A program made the position numbers and the translations under genes. From contig CAXXJV010000001.1 of assembly GCA_963663475.2 (NCBI GenBank), positions 1,632,001 through 1,696,000 of the forward strand: a DNA stretch of 64,000 nt, in the 5' to 3' direction. The notes under the pieces were generated by a model that was given only the letters and a program-made list of their open reading frames with translations, did no database searches and was not told the origin of the DNA. How positions within the stretch are numbered: the first letter of the stretch is position 1; each line of letters starts with the position of its first letter. Below, one piece after another: positions 50,984 through 59,901 of this stretch. Source of the DNA: Candidatus Cloacimonadales bacterium. Its GTDB lineage: Bacteria; Cloacimonadota; Cloacimonadia; Cloacimonadales; JAFGVF01.

Positions 50984-51325
50984 GTCTCCTTAAAGATATT
51001 AGTTTGAAAATTCACTGTATAGCTTAAATCATCGACTATACCCTATAAATCTACAATATCTTAACTATGATTCTATGTCAAATTATAAATGAAATAGCCT
51101 AATTTTAAAAGGTAAGATAAATAATATATTAGTCTTCCAAAAGAGAAAAAAAAGATATTGAGTTAATATCATCCTATACAGTTAACTTTTACAAAATAAT
51201 TACTGGATGACCCTCCCCTGAAAAGAAATATACTCCACTATTTTACCTGTCATGCAACCGTCATGCAAGCAATATCATGCTATGATATTAACATATATTG
51301 CAGTAACTTATAATCCTCATAACTA

Positions 51326-51370
51326 CTCCTAAGCAAAAGCTCACCCGTTCTAATCGGCTCGGAAGTACCA
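51326..51370 (+). repeat. Degenerate tRNA-Arg 3' half (attR-like)
   Basis: 40/45 identity to 28511-28555, starting at the anticodon loop. Confidence 0.88.
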
Positions 51371-51938
51371 TTTTAAACTAAGAATGAAAAATGAAAAGTT
51401 TTATGACATTAGAAGAATCAAAACTTACAATTAAAAATGACAAGTTAAAAGTGAAAAATTAGCTAGGAAAGCGGACATCCCTGTCAGCGACCAGCAGGAA
51501 GTATGGAGTGGAAGTATCCTTACTTCCACCACACAAATCTGACAGCAGGGATGCTGTCAGTCCATAACTGGTATAAAGTGACAGCTCTTTTGCCAATTTG
51601 TGACAGCAAGGTTGCCACTTTGAAAAAGCCTTTCAAAAAAGTGACAGCAAGGTTGCCACTTCGAAAAAGCGACCTAATACCCACTTATAACAACAAAAAA
51701 CTAAGCTTTTTTTATCATTCTAAAAGTGACAGCAACATTGCCACTTTGCAAAAGCGCTTTTATTATCTTATATTGGATCTTCAAAACTGAAGTATCAACT
51801 CTTTTAAAACAGTTACCACCTTTAGAAATTACTGCTCCCAGCTATCAAGAATAGCACTTCTTAATTTTCTTGACAATGTTCTTTTAACTATTAAAAGTGA
51901 AACAATATAAATTTTAAAGTAATAAAAAGGAAAAACTA

Positions 51939-52409
51939 ATGAATTTTAGAATAATCTATTTACCATCATTTAAGGCAATATCATCAGGACTTGATAAGAA
52001 CTTTGATTTCTCTGAAGAAGGGAAATTAGGACAATTTGATAAATTTTTCTCAGAACTTGAAGTTACTCCTAGAGACAATTTCATGCCTCGCGATTTTCTC
52101 TTTTATGATACAAAAAATCAAGGATTTGTTTGGTGGTGGGCTTTAATCGAAGGACAAGATACTGCTTCTTATGAAGTAGTTGATTTCGATGGTGGTTATT
52201 ATCTAACCTATCACTATCAAGATGGGGATGATAAAGAAAATGAAATATTATATAGTGAAGCTTTAAAGTATATAAATGAATCAGATTTACTTGAACTAGA
52301 TATTAGAGAAAATCATTATCCAATGGGACATGTTATTACTCCTCCTGAAATATCTGAAAAACTTGCTTTTACTCAAATGGAAACATATATTCCTGTTAAG
52401 GTTAAGTAG
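51939..52409 (+). CDS. GyrI-like domain protein, copy B
   Basis: Identical to 29075-29545 apart from one S to T change near the C-terminus. Confidence 0.7.
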   Translation: MNFRIIYLPSFKAISSGLDKNFDFSEEGKLGQFDKFFSELEVTPRDNFMPRDFLFYDTKNQGFVWWWALIEGQDTASYEVVDFDGGYYLTYHYQDGDDKENEILYSEALKYINESDLLELDIRENHYPMGHVITPPEISEKLAFTQMETYIPVKVK

Positions 52410-52494
52410 GGGAGGGGATATCTTATATTATAGTCAATTTGATAAAATATATAAAAGGAGCAAATCATCAAAACTGCCGATATTCCAGTTGTAA

Positions 52495-53220
52495 AAATTC
52501 TCAGAAAATACTATTAAAAAAAAAGGTTTCTATGTTTATTTATTGCAAGATCCAAGAAATTCAAAAATTTTCTACATTGGTAAAGGACAAGGAACCAGAG
52601 TTTTTAAGCATGTTAGAGGAGCAATAGATAATCCAGTAGATGCTGACAAAATTAAGTTAATAAAGGAAATTAAGCAAGAATCTTCTGTTAGACATTATAT
52701 TATAAGGCATGGTTTAGAAAATGCAGAACTTGCCTTTGAGATTGAATCTACATTAATAGATTTATTTACTAACAAAAACTTCGTAGATTTAGCTAACATT
52801 ACTAATATTTTAGCTGGTCATAATGCTGAAGCAAGAGGAATAAAAACTGTAGAAGAAATTGAAGCTTTATATTCAGCTGAGCCGATAGAAATAAAAGATA
52901 TCAAACACAATATCTTGATAATAAACATAAACAAGAATTATTCTACTAGTGAAAATATTTATGAAGCTACAAGAAAATACTGGAAATTAGATATAAGAAA
53001 TGCTGAAAAAGTAGATTATGTCTTAGCAGAATATAGAGGTATTATTAGAGCAATATTTAAGCCACTCAAATGGTTAAGATATGAGAAACAGAAAAGAGTC
53101 TATTTTGAAGGAGAAAAGATTGCTGATGAATACATAAACACCTTATATCTTAATAAAAGTTTAGATTTCAAAACTAAAGGAACCCAGAATCCGCTTAGGT
53201 ATGTTTGGGTAAGAAAATAG
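52495..53220 (+). CDS. LEM-3-like GIY-YIG nuclease, probably 5'-damaged
   Basis: Frame is open from 52495: KFSENTIKKKGFYVYLLQDPRNSKIFYIGKGQGTRV..H, then EIESTLID and YEATRKYW. TAA at 52492 directly follows a TTG. Confidence 0.7.
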   Translation, partial: KFSENTIKKKGFYVYLLQDPRNSKIFYIGKGQGTRVFKHVRGAIDNPVDADKIKLIKEIKQESSVRHYIIRHGLENAELAFEIESTLIDLFTNKNFVDLANITNILAGHNAEARGIKTVEEIEALYSAEPIEIKDIKHNILIININKNYSTSENIYEATRKYWKLDIRNAEKVDYVLAEYRGIIRAIFKPLKWLRYEKQKRVYFEGEKIADEYINTLYLNKSLDFKTKGTQNPLRYVWVRK

Positions 53221-53281
53221 GTGTTAATTCTGGATAAATATAAAGTATAATTTTAATCTAATGACATAGAGGGATTTAACA

Positions 53282-53620
53282 ATGATTAACAATAATGAAA
53301 TACTTATATACAAAAGTAATGATGGAAGCTCTGATATCTCAGTGAGATTAGAGAATGAAACTGTTTGGTTAACCATAGACCAAATGGCAGAACTCTTTGA
53401 TAAAAGTCGTTCCACTATCAACGAGCACATTCTAAATATCTATAAAGAAGAAGAACTATTAAAAGAAGATACAATAAGAAAAATCGGAAAATCCGATTTT
53501 TCGACTAAACCAATAATTCCTATAACTAAAATGTCATTACCGTAGCAGGTTATAGAGTTGAATCTGTTAGAGAGAGTCGCTTTAGTCAATGGGCAACTAA
53601 AGAACATGTGAGTATATAGT
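53282..53620 (+). pseudogene. RhuM-family protein remnant
   Basis: ETVWLTIDQMAELF..STINEHILNIY; after a frameshift, GYRVESVR..FSQWATK. Confidence 0.8.
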
Positions 53621-53694
53621 TAAATAGATTTAACATAAATGTTATTTCTTTGAACTGAATTCTTTTTTTGCAAGTATTAATCAAGAATAGACAT

Positions 53695-53743
53695 TGGTTC
53701 TAAATGAAGGCGGTTTTTTGTATTTTGCCTTCAAAAAGAACCA
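53695..53743. promoter_or_regulatory. Inverted repeat, putative operator of the AbiEi-like gene
   Basis: TGGTTCT-AAA-TGAAGGC ... GCCTTCA-AAA-AGAACCA immediately before the RBS. Confidence 0.55.
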
Positions 53744-53756
53744 GTAAGGATTAACT

Positions 53757-54332
53757 ATGAATTTACAAGACTTTTTCTATAAGCATAATGGCTATACCAG
53801 AATGAAGGATTTGAAAGAGAATGGATTTCACACCAGAGTTATTGCAAAAGCTCTGAATGATAACATTATTGAAAAAGTTAAACCAGGATTATATAAGCTA
53901 GTAGATTATGAGTGGGATGAGAACAGTAGCTTTGTTGATATTACTAAAGTAAGCTTCAAGGCAGTAATCTGTCTAAATTCTGCTCTTCATTACTACAATC
54001 TCTCGACAATAAACCCTAATCTTGTACATGTTGCTGTCCCAAATAATACAGCAAGATTTTCTCTTGATTACTATCCAGTAAAGCTGTTCTATTTCTCTGA
54101 TACAATATATCCACTAGAAATAATAGAAGTTAAAGAGGCTAATGGTTCTTTCAAGATTTACTCAATAGAGAAAACAATCTGTGATGCTTTTAGATATCGT
54201 AAAAGAATAGGAGAAGATCTTGCTCTTGAAGCTCTGAAAAATTATGTATGTAGTAGAAAATCAGATTTAAATAGGCTATATAAAGTAGCTAAAGAATGTA
54301 AGATGAGTGAAGTTATTAATCACTTCTTTTGA
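53757..54332 (+). CDS. Type IV TA AbiEi-family antitoxin (orphan)
   Basis: N-terminal wHTH IEKVKPGLY, ICLNSALHYYNLST, YSIEKTICDAFRYR. Confidence 0.85.
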   Translation: MNLQDFFYKHNGYTRMKDLKENGFHTRVIAKALNDNIIEKVKPGLYKLVDYEWDENSSFVDITKVSFKAVICLNSALHYYNLSTINPNLVHVAVPNNTARFSLDYYPVKLFYFSDTIYPLEIIEVKEANGSFKIYSIEKTICDAFRYRKRIGEDLALEALKNYVCSRKSDLNRLYKVAKECKMSEVINHFF

Positions 54333-54440
54333 CTCTCTCCCCACCACTTACTACAGGCTGTGGATTTTTACTTATTAAATACTCCTTAATAGACTGTATT
54401 TCACTTTATAATATTTAAATTATTAAGAGGATTATCTATT

Positions 54441-55112
54441 CTACAAATATTTTACATCAATAAACAGGTCTATCATGTACTTTGATAATTTATGCCTATT
54501 GATACCCAAAAAGCATTTCATGACTTTTATAGCAGCTTCCCACTCACACTGGAAAGTTGGTCCATCAACTGTTTGGTCATTTATGAAGTATACATTAACC
54601 AGATATGCTGGTACTTTGTTAATTTCTCTTAAGAAATATAAATGAGCTAATCTATTAGTATATTGGTAAAAACGACTGCTCCAATCTATTGTATTATCAA
54701 TTTTTAAAAATTTCTTAGTTTCGTTTAATGAAGTAGTTATTAAGTCTAAAGATTTTGCACTTGTAGCTTTTGTTCCAGACGAAACCATTTCAGGAATATT
54801 TGCTTTTGCTTCAATCAAGAAGACTTCTCCAGTTTTTGCTTTTCCTAACGCGTCCCACTGCGGTCCTCTTACAGGCCAAAATTTATTAAGAGTTGTAGTT
54901 AGGGTTAGACCAAGCAAAGAAACAAAATCATCATCGCGATATTCAGCATAATTATCAGTGTATAAAGGTGATACCCAATTAATATTTAAAGGTTCTTTTT
55001 TTGATAATTCTTTGCAAATTAGTTTATTTAAGAGGTATGAATTATTATTTACAAGAGTCTGTATGTCTTTTAGACTTCCATTACTATTTCCATTTTGTTC
55101 TGTTCGGCTCAT
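54441..55112 (-). CDS. Hypothetical protein, PD-(D/E)XK nuclease-like
   Basis: GPQWDALG..(8)..LIEAKA pattern and FYQYTNRLAHL. Confidence 0.5.
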   Translation of the reverse strand: MSRTEQNGNSNGSLKDIQTLVNNNSYLLNKLICKELSKKEPLNINWVSPLYTDNYAEYRDDDFVSLLGLTLTTTLNKFWPVRGPQWDALGKAKTGEVFLIEAKANIPEMVSSGTKATSAKSLDLITTSLNETKKFLKIDNTIDWSSRFYQYTNRLAHLYFLREINKVPAYLVNVYFINDQTVDGPTFQCEWEAAIKVMKCFLGINRHKLSKYMIDLFIDVKYL

Positions 55113-55816
55113 TTTAACTCCTTATATTTACATTACTTATTTGATAAAGGTTATCTACGTATCTGTGATTTTAAAATACAATACTCTAATCTAACATTAC
55201 TACTAGCTTTGAACTAACATTAATAAACTTACATTCATTGTAAAATCCTGTCAAACTAAATCATAAATAAATAACAAATAAGCTCTTATTCACCCAAATA
55301 CCGCCACTTCTTTTGCCATGCAACCGTAATCCAGGCAAAACAATATAACGATAATTCATTATTTAACAATATCATAAATAGAATTATGATTAATCCTAAG
55401 CAAAAGCTCAAACCCACTTATAACAACAGAAACTAAGCTCTTCGTTTTATCCCACCTCCTAATACTCTTCAGGAAATAAGATAGTGCCAATATATCTATC
55501 TCCATAGTTGTCTATTCAGGCTGTTGATAAACCCATTAATTCTTGAATTGACTCAGACACTAAACTACATCTAGGTAGTTTAGAAATCTTATTAAAGTCG
55601 CTATATCTTTGTACAAACTCTTCACTGCAGTTTATTTAAGTACTATTTTTATTTAAAGAAGTATCTGCAATCTTGCCTAAAATTCTTCTCCATTCTTTTG
55701 GTTTAAATTCTAATTGATTATCTAGATTTAACTAAGTGATCATAATAATATAATTATTAGTTGCGACTAACAAAAACCTATTTATATTATTTCTACTAAA
55801 CATAAGGAGTAGAAAA

Positions 55817-57037
55817 ATGAAACATAGATTTGTAATAATTTTCTTTTTAGCTCTAGCTAGCACGCTTATAGGTCAGGACTTTTCTTTTGAAGATTTGATT
55901 GGAGATTGGGAAGGAGAAATTACCAGTGAAACAACCTATCAATGGAATTCTCCTACTAATATAAGTATTTATGCAGATGGTTTTTATACTGAATCTACTG
56001 GCATTTTAATGCCTTCAATATATCCGAATACTCAAGAAGTTACTTATGATGCTACTACAAATAGAGTGCATTTTAAATATCTTTATCTTGTTTATGCAGG
56101 ACAACACACTTATCAACATCACTACTTTGAACTCATTTCCTATAATGGAAATGATATCGAAATGCACTATAATTTTTGGGATGATACTCAAGCCCATCCT
56201 GAAGTAATGACTATTACTCTTTCCAGAGTGAATGTTGAAGAATATGGAAGTCTGTCAGGCTCAGTATATGATAATTATTCTTTAAGCCCACTTTCATATG
56301 TTAACATTGAAATTGGTCAATATACAACTACAACCGATATGTATGGTTCTTATAATATAGAACTACCAGTTGGCACATATCAGATTTCTCTCAATCATCC
56401 AGGTTATCAAGAAATTATACTAAATGATATCATGGTATATCCTAATGAAAATAATCCTATTAATATTGGACTAGATAATCTTATAATTCCTCCTTCCTCA
56501 TTAACTTATCAGCTCGATGAGAATAACATTGTTTTGAATTGGTCCCTTCCTCAAGCTTATAATCTAACAGGATATAACATATACATGAATGATCAAATTA
56601 TTGATACAGTAATGGAAAATACTTATTCGTCAAGTATAGCTAATGGTGAATTTTCCTTCTATGTAACAGCTTTATATGGTCAAGTTGAATCAGAAGCTTC
56701 CAACATAATCAATGTTACAGTTCAGCAGGTAACTAGTAATTCTAATCAAGTGTCCGAACTATCAGAGTTAACTCTAAATAATTATCCAAATCCTTTCAAT
56801 CCTTCAACATCAATTAGTTTTAATTTGCCTGAGAACTCACGAGTAAACTTAGCAATATATGACCTTAAGGGAAGAAAAGTAACTGAATTAATTAATCAAG
56901 AATTGCTTAAGGGACAGCATTCTTATAAATGGAATGGTAGGGATAGTAAAAATAGATCTTTAGCTAGCGGAATATATTTCTATACTTTACGTACTAATAA
57001 TGCTAGTTTAACAAAAAAGATGATAATGCAAAAATAA
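55817..57037 (+). CDS. Secreted protein with carboxypeptidase-regulatory-like, FN3 and FlgD-Ig/T9SS-like CTD domains
   Basis: Signal peptide; GSLSGSVYD..TTTDMYGSY..LPVGTY; GYNIY; NNYPNPFNPSTSISF. Confidence 0.8.
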   Translation: MKHRFVIIFFLALASTLIGQDFSFEDLIGDWEGEITSETTYQWNSPTNISIYADGFYTESTGILMPSIYPNTQEVTYDATTNRVHFKYLYLVYAGQHTYQHHYFELISYNGNDIEMHYNFWDDTQAHPEVMTITLSRVNVEEYGSLSGSVYDNYSLSPLSYVNIEIGQYTTTTDMYGSYNIELPVGTYQISLNHPGYQEIILNDIMVYPNENNPINIGLDNLIIPPSSLTYQLDENNIVLNWSLPQAYNLTGYNIYMNDQIIDTVMENTYSSSIANGEFSFYVTALYGQVESEASNIINVTVQQVTSNSNQVSELSELTLNNYPNPFNPSTSISFNLPENSRVNLAIYDLKGRKVTELINQELLKGQHSYKWNGRDSKNRSLASGIYFYTLRTNNASLTKKMIMQK

Positions 57038-57049
57038 TCTAAAAATACT

Positions 57050-57085
57050 AATAAAGCTCTAACCAGCAATGATTAGAGCTTTATT
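57050..57085. terminator. Probable bidirectional terminator between convergent genes
   Basis: AATAAAGCTCTAA ... TTAGAGCTTTATT inverted repeat. Confidence 0.7.
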
Positions 57086-57090
57086 CCAAA

Positions 57091-59406
57091 CTAAAAATTC
57101 CCATCCTCTTTTTCTCTCATTTTTTTCAACTTTCTACTCAAAGAATAAGGGGTAATACCTAATAATTCAGCTGCTTTTTTTTGGAGATTATTGGATAATC
57201 TGAGAGCTTTATCTATAATATAAGCTTCGCATTCAGCTAAATTCAAGGATGGTAAATCTGGGTGATTATCACAAATATTGCATGTAGTCCGAGGTAGGCT
57301 GATGCTATCAACATCAATTACTGAACTTTTTGAAAGAAGCAGAGCTCTCTGCAAGATATTCTTCAATTCTCTAATATTACCTGGATAGTCATATGCAACA
57401 AGTAAGTCCAAAGCTTCCTTAGTAATAATTGGGGTTGATAGTCCTTGATTTATAGAAAGAGTATTCAAATAATAATCTATCAATAATGGTATGTCATCTT
57501 GTCTTTCACGTAGAGGGGGGAGCTGAATTTCCATAACATTTATTCTATTTAAAAGGTCAAAACGAAAATTATTAGCCAATGCCATGGCCGAAAGATCCTT
57601 GTTTGTAGCAGATATTAGACGGAAATCAACCTTTATATCTTTAGTAGAACCGATTCTATTAATAACTTTTTCTTCAATTACACGGAGAAACTTTGATTGC
57701 ATTTTCAGAGGCATATCACCAATTTCATCTAAGAAAAGACTACCTGTGTGGGCAGCTTCAAAATAACCAATTTGCTTATTTGCTGAACCAGTAAATGATC
57801 CTTTCTCACTACCAAAGAAAGCGCTTTCTATCAGAGAAGTTGCAAAAGCTGCACTGTTAACCGAGATAAAAGGATTTTCCTTTTTCTTACTAGCATAGTG
57901 AATCAGCCTAGCGATAGCTTCTTTACCAGTACCAGTCTCGCCAATAATTAAAACAGGGAGCTTATCACTATTAGCCACCATCATGGCCTGATAGATTACA
58001 TTTTGCATCTGAGCATTAGATCCAATAAGAGGGCTTTTCAGAAGTTTCTGCAATTCCTGAGATATTAGTGAAGTATTGGCATATGAGTTATAGCTGTTTA
58101 AAGTTTTCTGAGGCTTTTCATAGTCTTCTTTAATTGCCTTAATTTCAGCTTTATATTCTTCATTTTTTAGTTTCATCTTGATCTCATTTGCTAGTTTATA
58201 GTGCTTATAAGATTCCTTTATATTACCTTGAATCTCCAAAATTTCACTCAATAAACTATGATTTTTAGCAAGTTCATTCTGAAGGTTAAGTTCTTCAGCA
58301 AGTGCTTGAGCTTCCTTAAGTACAGGTAATGATTTAGAATATTTTTTCAAGCCCATATTACTAATTGCTATACCCTGCAAAATGACCAATTTATGTCTTT
58401 TATCATCTGTATCAGAATTGCAGTTAAGAGCAGAATTATATAGCTTTAAGGCGGAAGTAAACTGCTGTTGTTTTATCTTTAAATTAGCTAAATTTATCAT
58501 GATACTTGCTTTATCATTATAGTATTCTAGTGAATTGGCACAAGCTAAAGCCTCTTTCAAAAGCTTTTCTGCTTTATCATTATTATGGAGAACTCTATAG
58601 CAATTAGCTGAATTTATTGCCATAGTAATATAGGTATCAGGATCAGATTCTCTTAACTTACTAGATAGAAAAGGCTCAAAATAAGTCAGAGCTTCCTCAT
58701 GATTGCCGATTGATCCATAAGCTATACCTAAATTGTTACAAATAGAAAGATAATTATCACTAGATTGGTCTTCAATCCTCTTTTTAGCTTCTAGGAAGAA
58801 GTGGATAGCTTGTTTTAGCTTGCCCCACATAGCAGATATTCTACCCAAGCCAGTATAAGCTAAGGATAATACTTCTTCATTATTGATTTTTAAACCATAC
58901 TGCATGCCCAATTGATAATAATTAAAAGCTTGATCTAATTGTCCGTTACTCTCATAAATGAATCCTACATTTGAGTAACGACCTGTAAAATTATTAATAT
59001 TTCCAATCTCTTCAAGAATATCTATGCTTGCCTTTCCTTGAGTAATTGCTGAGTCTAAATCATTAAACATCCATAAGATGTAACTAAGATCAGCACAAAT
59101 TTCAGCTCTCTTAATATCTTTATTGAGATAAGAAGAATATTTTAGATAACCCTGGTAGATTTCCTGAAAGTTTTGCCCTTGTGCATAATATCTTATTGCA
59201 TGAAAAATTTGCAGATAGCTTTCTGTTAAAAGATTGCTAACTTGCTTTGGTAAAAGTGGGTCAAAATCTAAATACTGGTCAACTAGTTCTATTATTCTTT
59301 CATAATGATCGAGATAATTCATGTCTTTGTTTTCAACACAAACTTTCAGCTCATGCAGATTAGCTTCTAAACTTTGCAATCTACTTGTGTTTTTTTTTGT
59401 GGCCAT
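57091..59406 (-). CDS. Sigma-54-dependent enhancer-binding protein with N-terminal TPR array and Fis-type HTH
   Basis: TPR-like NNLGIAY/SNVGFIY repeats; GETGTGKE, GSFTGS (GAFTGA variant), LFLDEIG, FRFDLLNR, YPGNIREL, KAAELLGI; ATG 59406 with AGGAGG RBS. Confidence 0.9.
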   Translation of the reverse strand: MATKKNTSRLQSLEANLHELKVCVENKDMNYLDHYERIIELVDQYLDFDPLLPKQVSNLLTESYLQIFHAIRYYAQGQNFQEIYQGYLKYSSYLNKDIKRAEICADLSYILWMFNDLDSAITQGKASIDILEEIGNINNFTGRYSNVGFIYESNGQLDQAFNYYQLGMQYGLKINNEEVLSLAYTGLGRISAMWGKLKQAIHFFLEAKKRIEDQSSDNYLSICNNLGIAYGSIGNHEEALTYFEPFLSSKLRESDPDTYITMAINSANCYRVLHNNDKAEKLLKEALACANSLEYYNDKASIMINLANLKIKQQQFTSALKLYNSALNCNSDTDDKRHKLVILQGIAISNMGLKKYSKSLPVLKEAQALAEELNLQNELAKNHSLLSEILEIQGNIKESYKHYKLANEIKMKLKNEEYKAEIKAIKEDYEKPQKTLNSYNSYANTSLISQELQKLLKSPLIGSNAQMQNVIYQAMMVANSDKLPVLIIGETGTGKEAIARLIHYASKKKENPFISVNSAAFATSLIESAFFGSEKGSFTGSANKQIGYFEAAHTGSLFLDEIGDMPLKMQSKFLRVIEEKVINRIGSTKDIKVDFRLISATNKDLSAMALANNFRFDLLNRINVMEIQLPPLRERQDDIPLLIDYYLNTLSINQGLSTPIITKEALDLLVAYDYPGNIRELKNILQRALLLSKSSVIDVDSISLPRTTCNICDNHPDLPSLNLAECEAYIIDKALRLSNNLQKKAAELLGITPYSLSRKLKKMREKEDGNF

Positions 59407-59566
59407 AAGACCTCCTAGCGATAATGCAATTAATTGCAGTAATAATTGCATAAGTGCAATAGAATGTCAAGTCAAATACTAATAATTCTTATGCTTATAA
59501 AAGTACTTTCTTAGTAAGATATTAATTATCAAGGCATTAGGAATGATACTTATAAGCTTATTATTT

Positions 59567-59583
59567 TTGGAATCATAAATGCA
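59567..59583 (+). promoter_or_regulatory. Putative sigma-54 (-24/-12) promoter
   Basis: TTGGAATCATAAATGCA has GG and GC at the consensus spacing; divergent from the activator gene. Confidence 0.55.
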
Positions 59584-59596
59584 GTTAATGTTATTA

Positions 59597-59672
59597 ACTC
59601 AAGATAATGCAGTAGATCTAAGCGAATAGCAGAATCTAACATCTTCAGCAAAGTTCTGCTGCCTCATTCGAT
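59597..59672 (+). mobile_element. Internally deleted mini-MITE (76 bp)
   Basis: Retains ATAATGCAGTAGA and CAAAGTTCTGCTGC..ATTCG ends; flanked TTA/TTA. Confidence 0.65.
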
Positions 59673-59687
59673 TTAAGGAGTGTATAT

Positions 59688-59888
59688 ATGAAAGAAAATG
59701 ATAATTGCACTGTAAGTGAATTACAGGAGAAATGGTTAGATGATACTAACTGTTTAATTGGATTTACTGTTACTTATAGTAATGGAAGAATAGAAAATCA
59801 GATGAGAAACTGCAACAAAGAAACTTATCTAAGAGAAAAAGCAGAACTTAATTATTTAAGAAAGAAATTTTTAACAGAAAAAAACTAA
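59688..59888 (+). CDS. Small hypothetical protein (66 aa)
   Basis: AAGGAG RBS; lies between the putative promoter and the LamG gene. Confidence 0.5.
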   Translation: MKENDNCTVSELQEKWLDDTNCLIGFTVTYSNGRIENQMRNCNKETYLREKAELNYLRKKFLTEKN

Positions 59889-59901
59889 ATGGAGAAAAAA
59901 G

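Larger units (their letters stand above)
28511..51370 (+). mobile_element. Genomic (defence) island 1 integrated at tRNA-Arg(CCT)
   Basis: Bounded by the tRNA and a degenerate tRNA 3' copy at 51326-51370; cargo of RM, nuclease and TA genes plus an integrase remnant. Confidence 0.75.
51326..55430 (+). mobile_element. Decayed genomic island 2, in tandem with island 1
   Basis: Starts with the same ~1-kb arm; ends at TCCTAAGCAAAAGCTCA (55394-55410), preceded by the same CATGCAACCGT motif at the same distance. Confidence 0.6.

Noticed and set aside
51326-51370. Second functional tRNA-Arg
   Set aside because: Lacks the 5' half, and the T-loop and stems are mutated (TTCTAAT); treated as an att remnant.
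43265-55430. Integron cassette array or prophage
   Set aside because: The recombinase fragment shows no recognisable IntI features, genes are in mixed orientation without regular attC sites, and no phage structural genes are seen.
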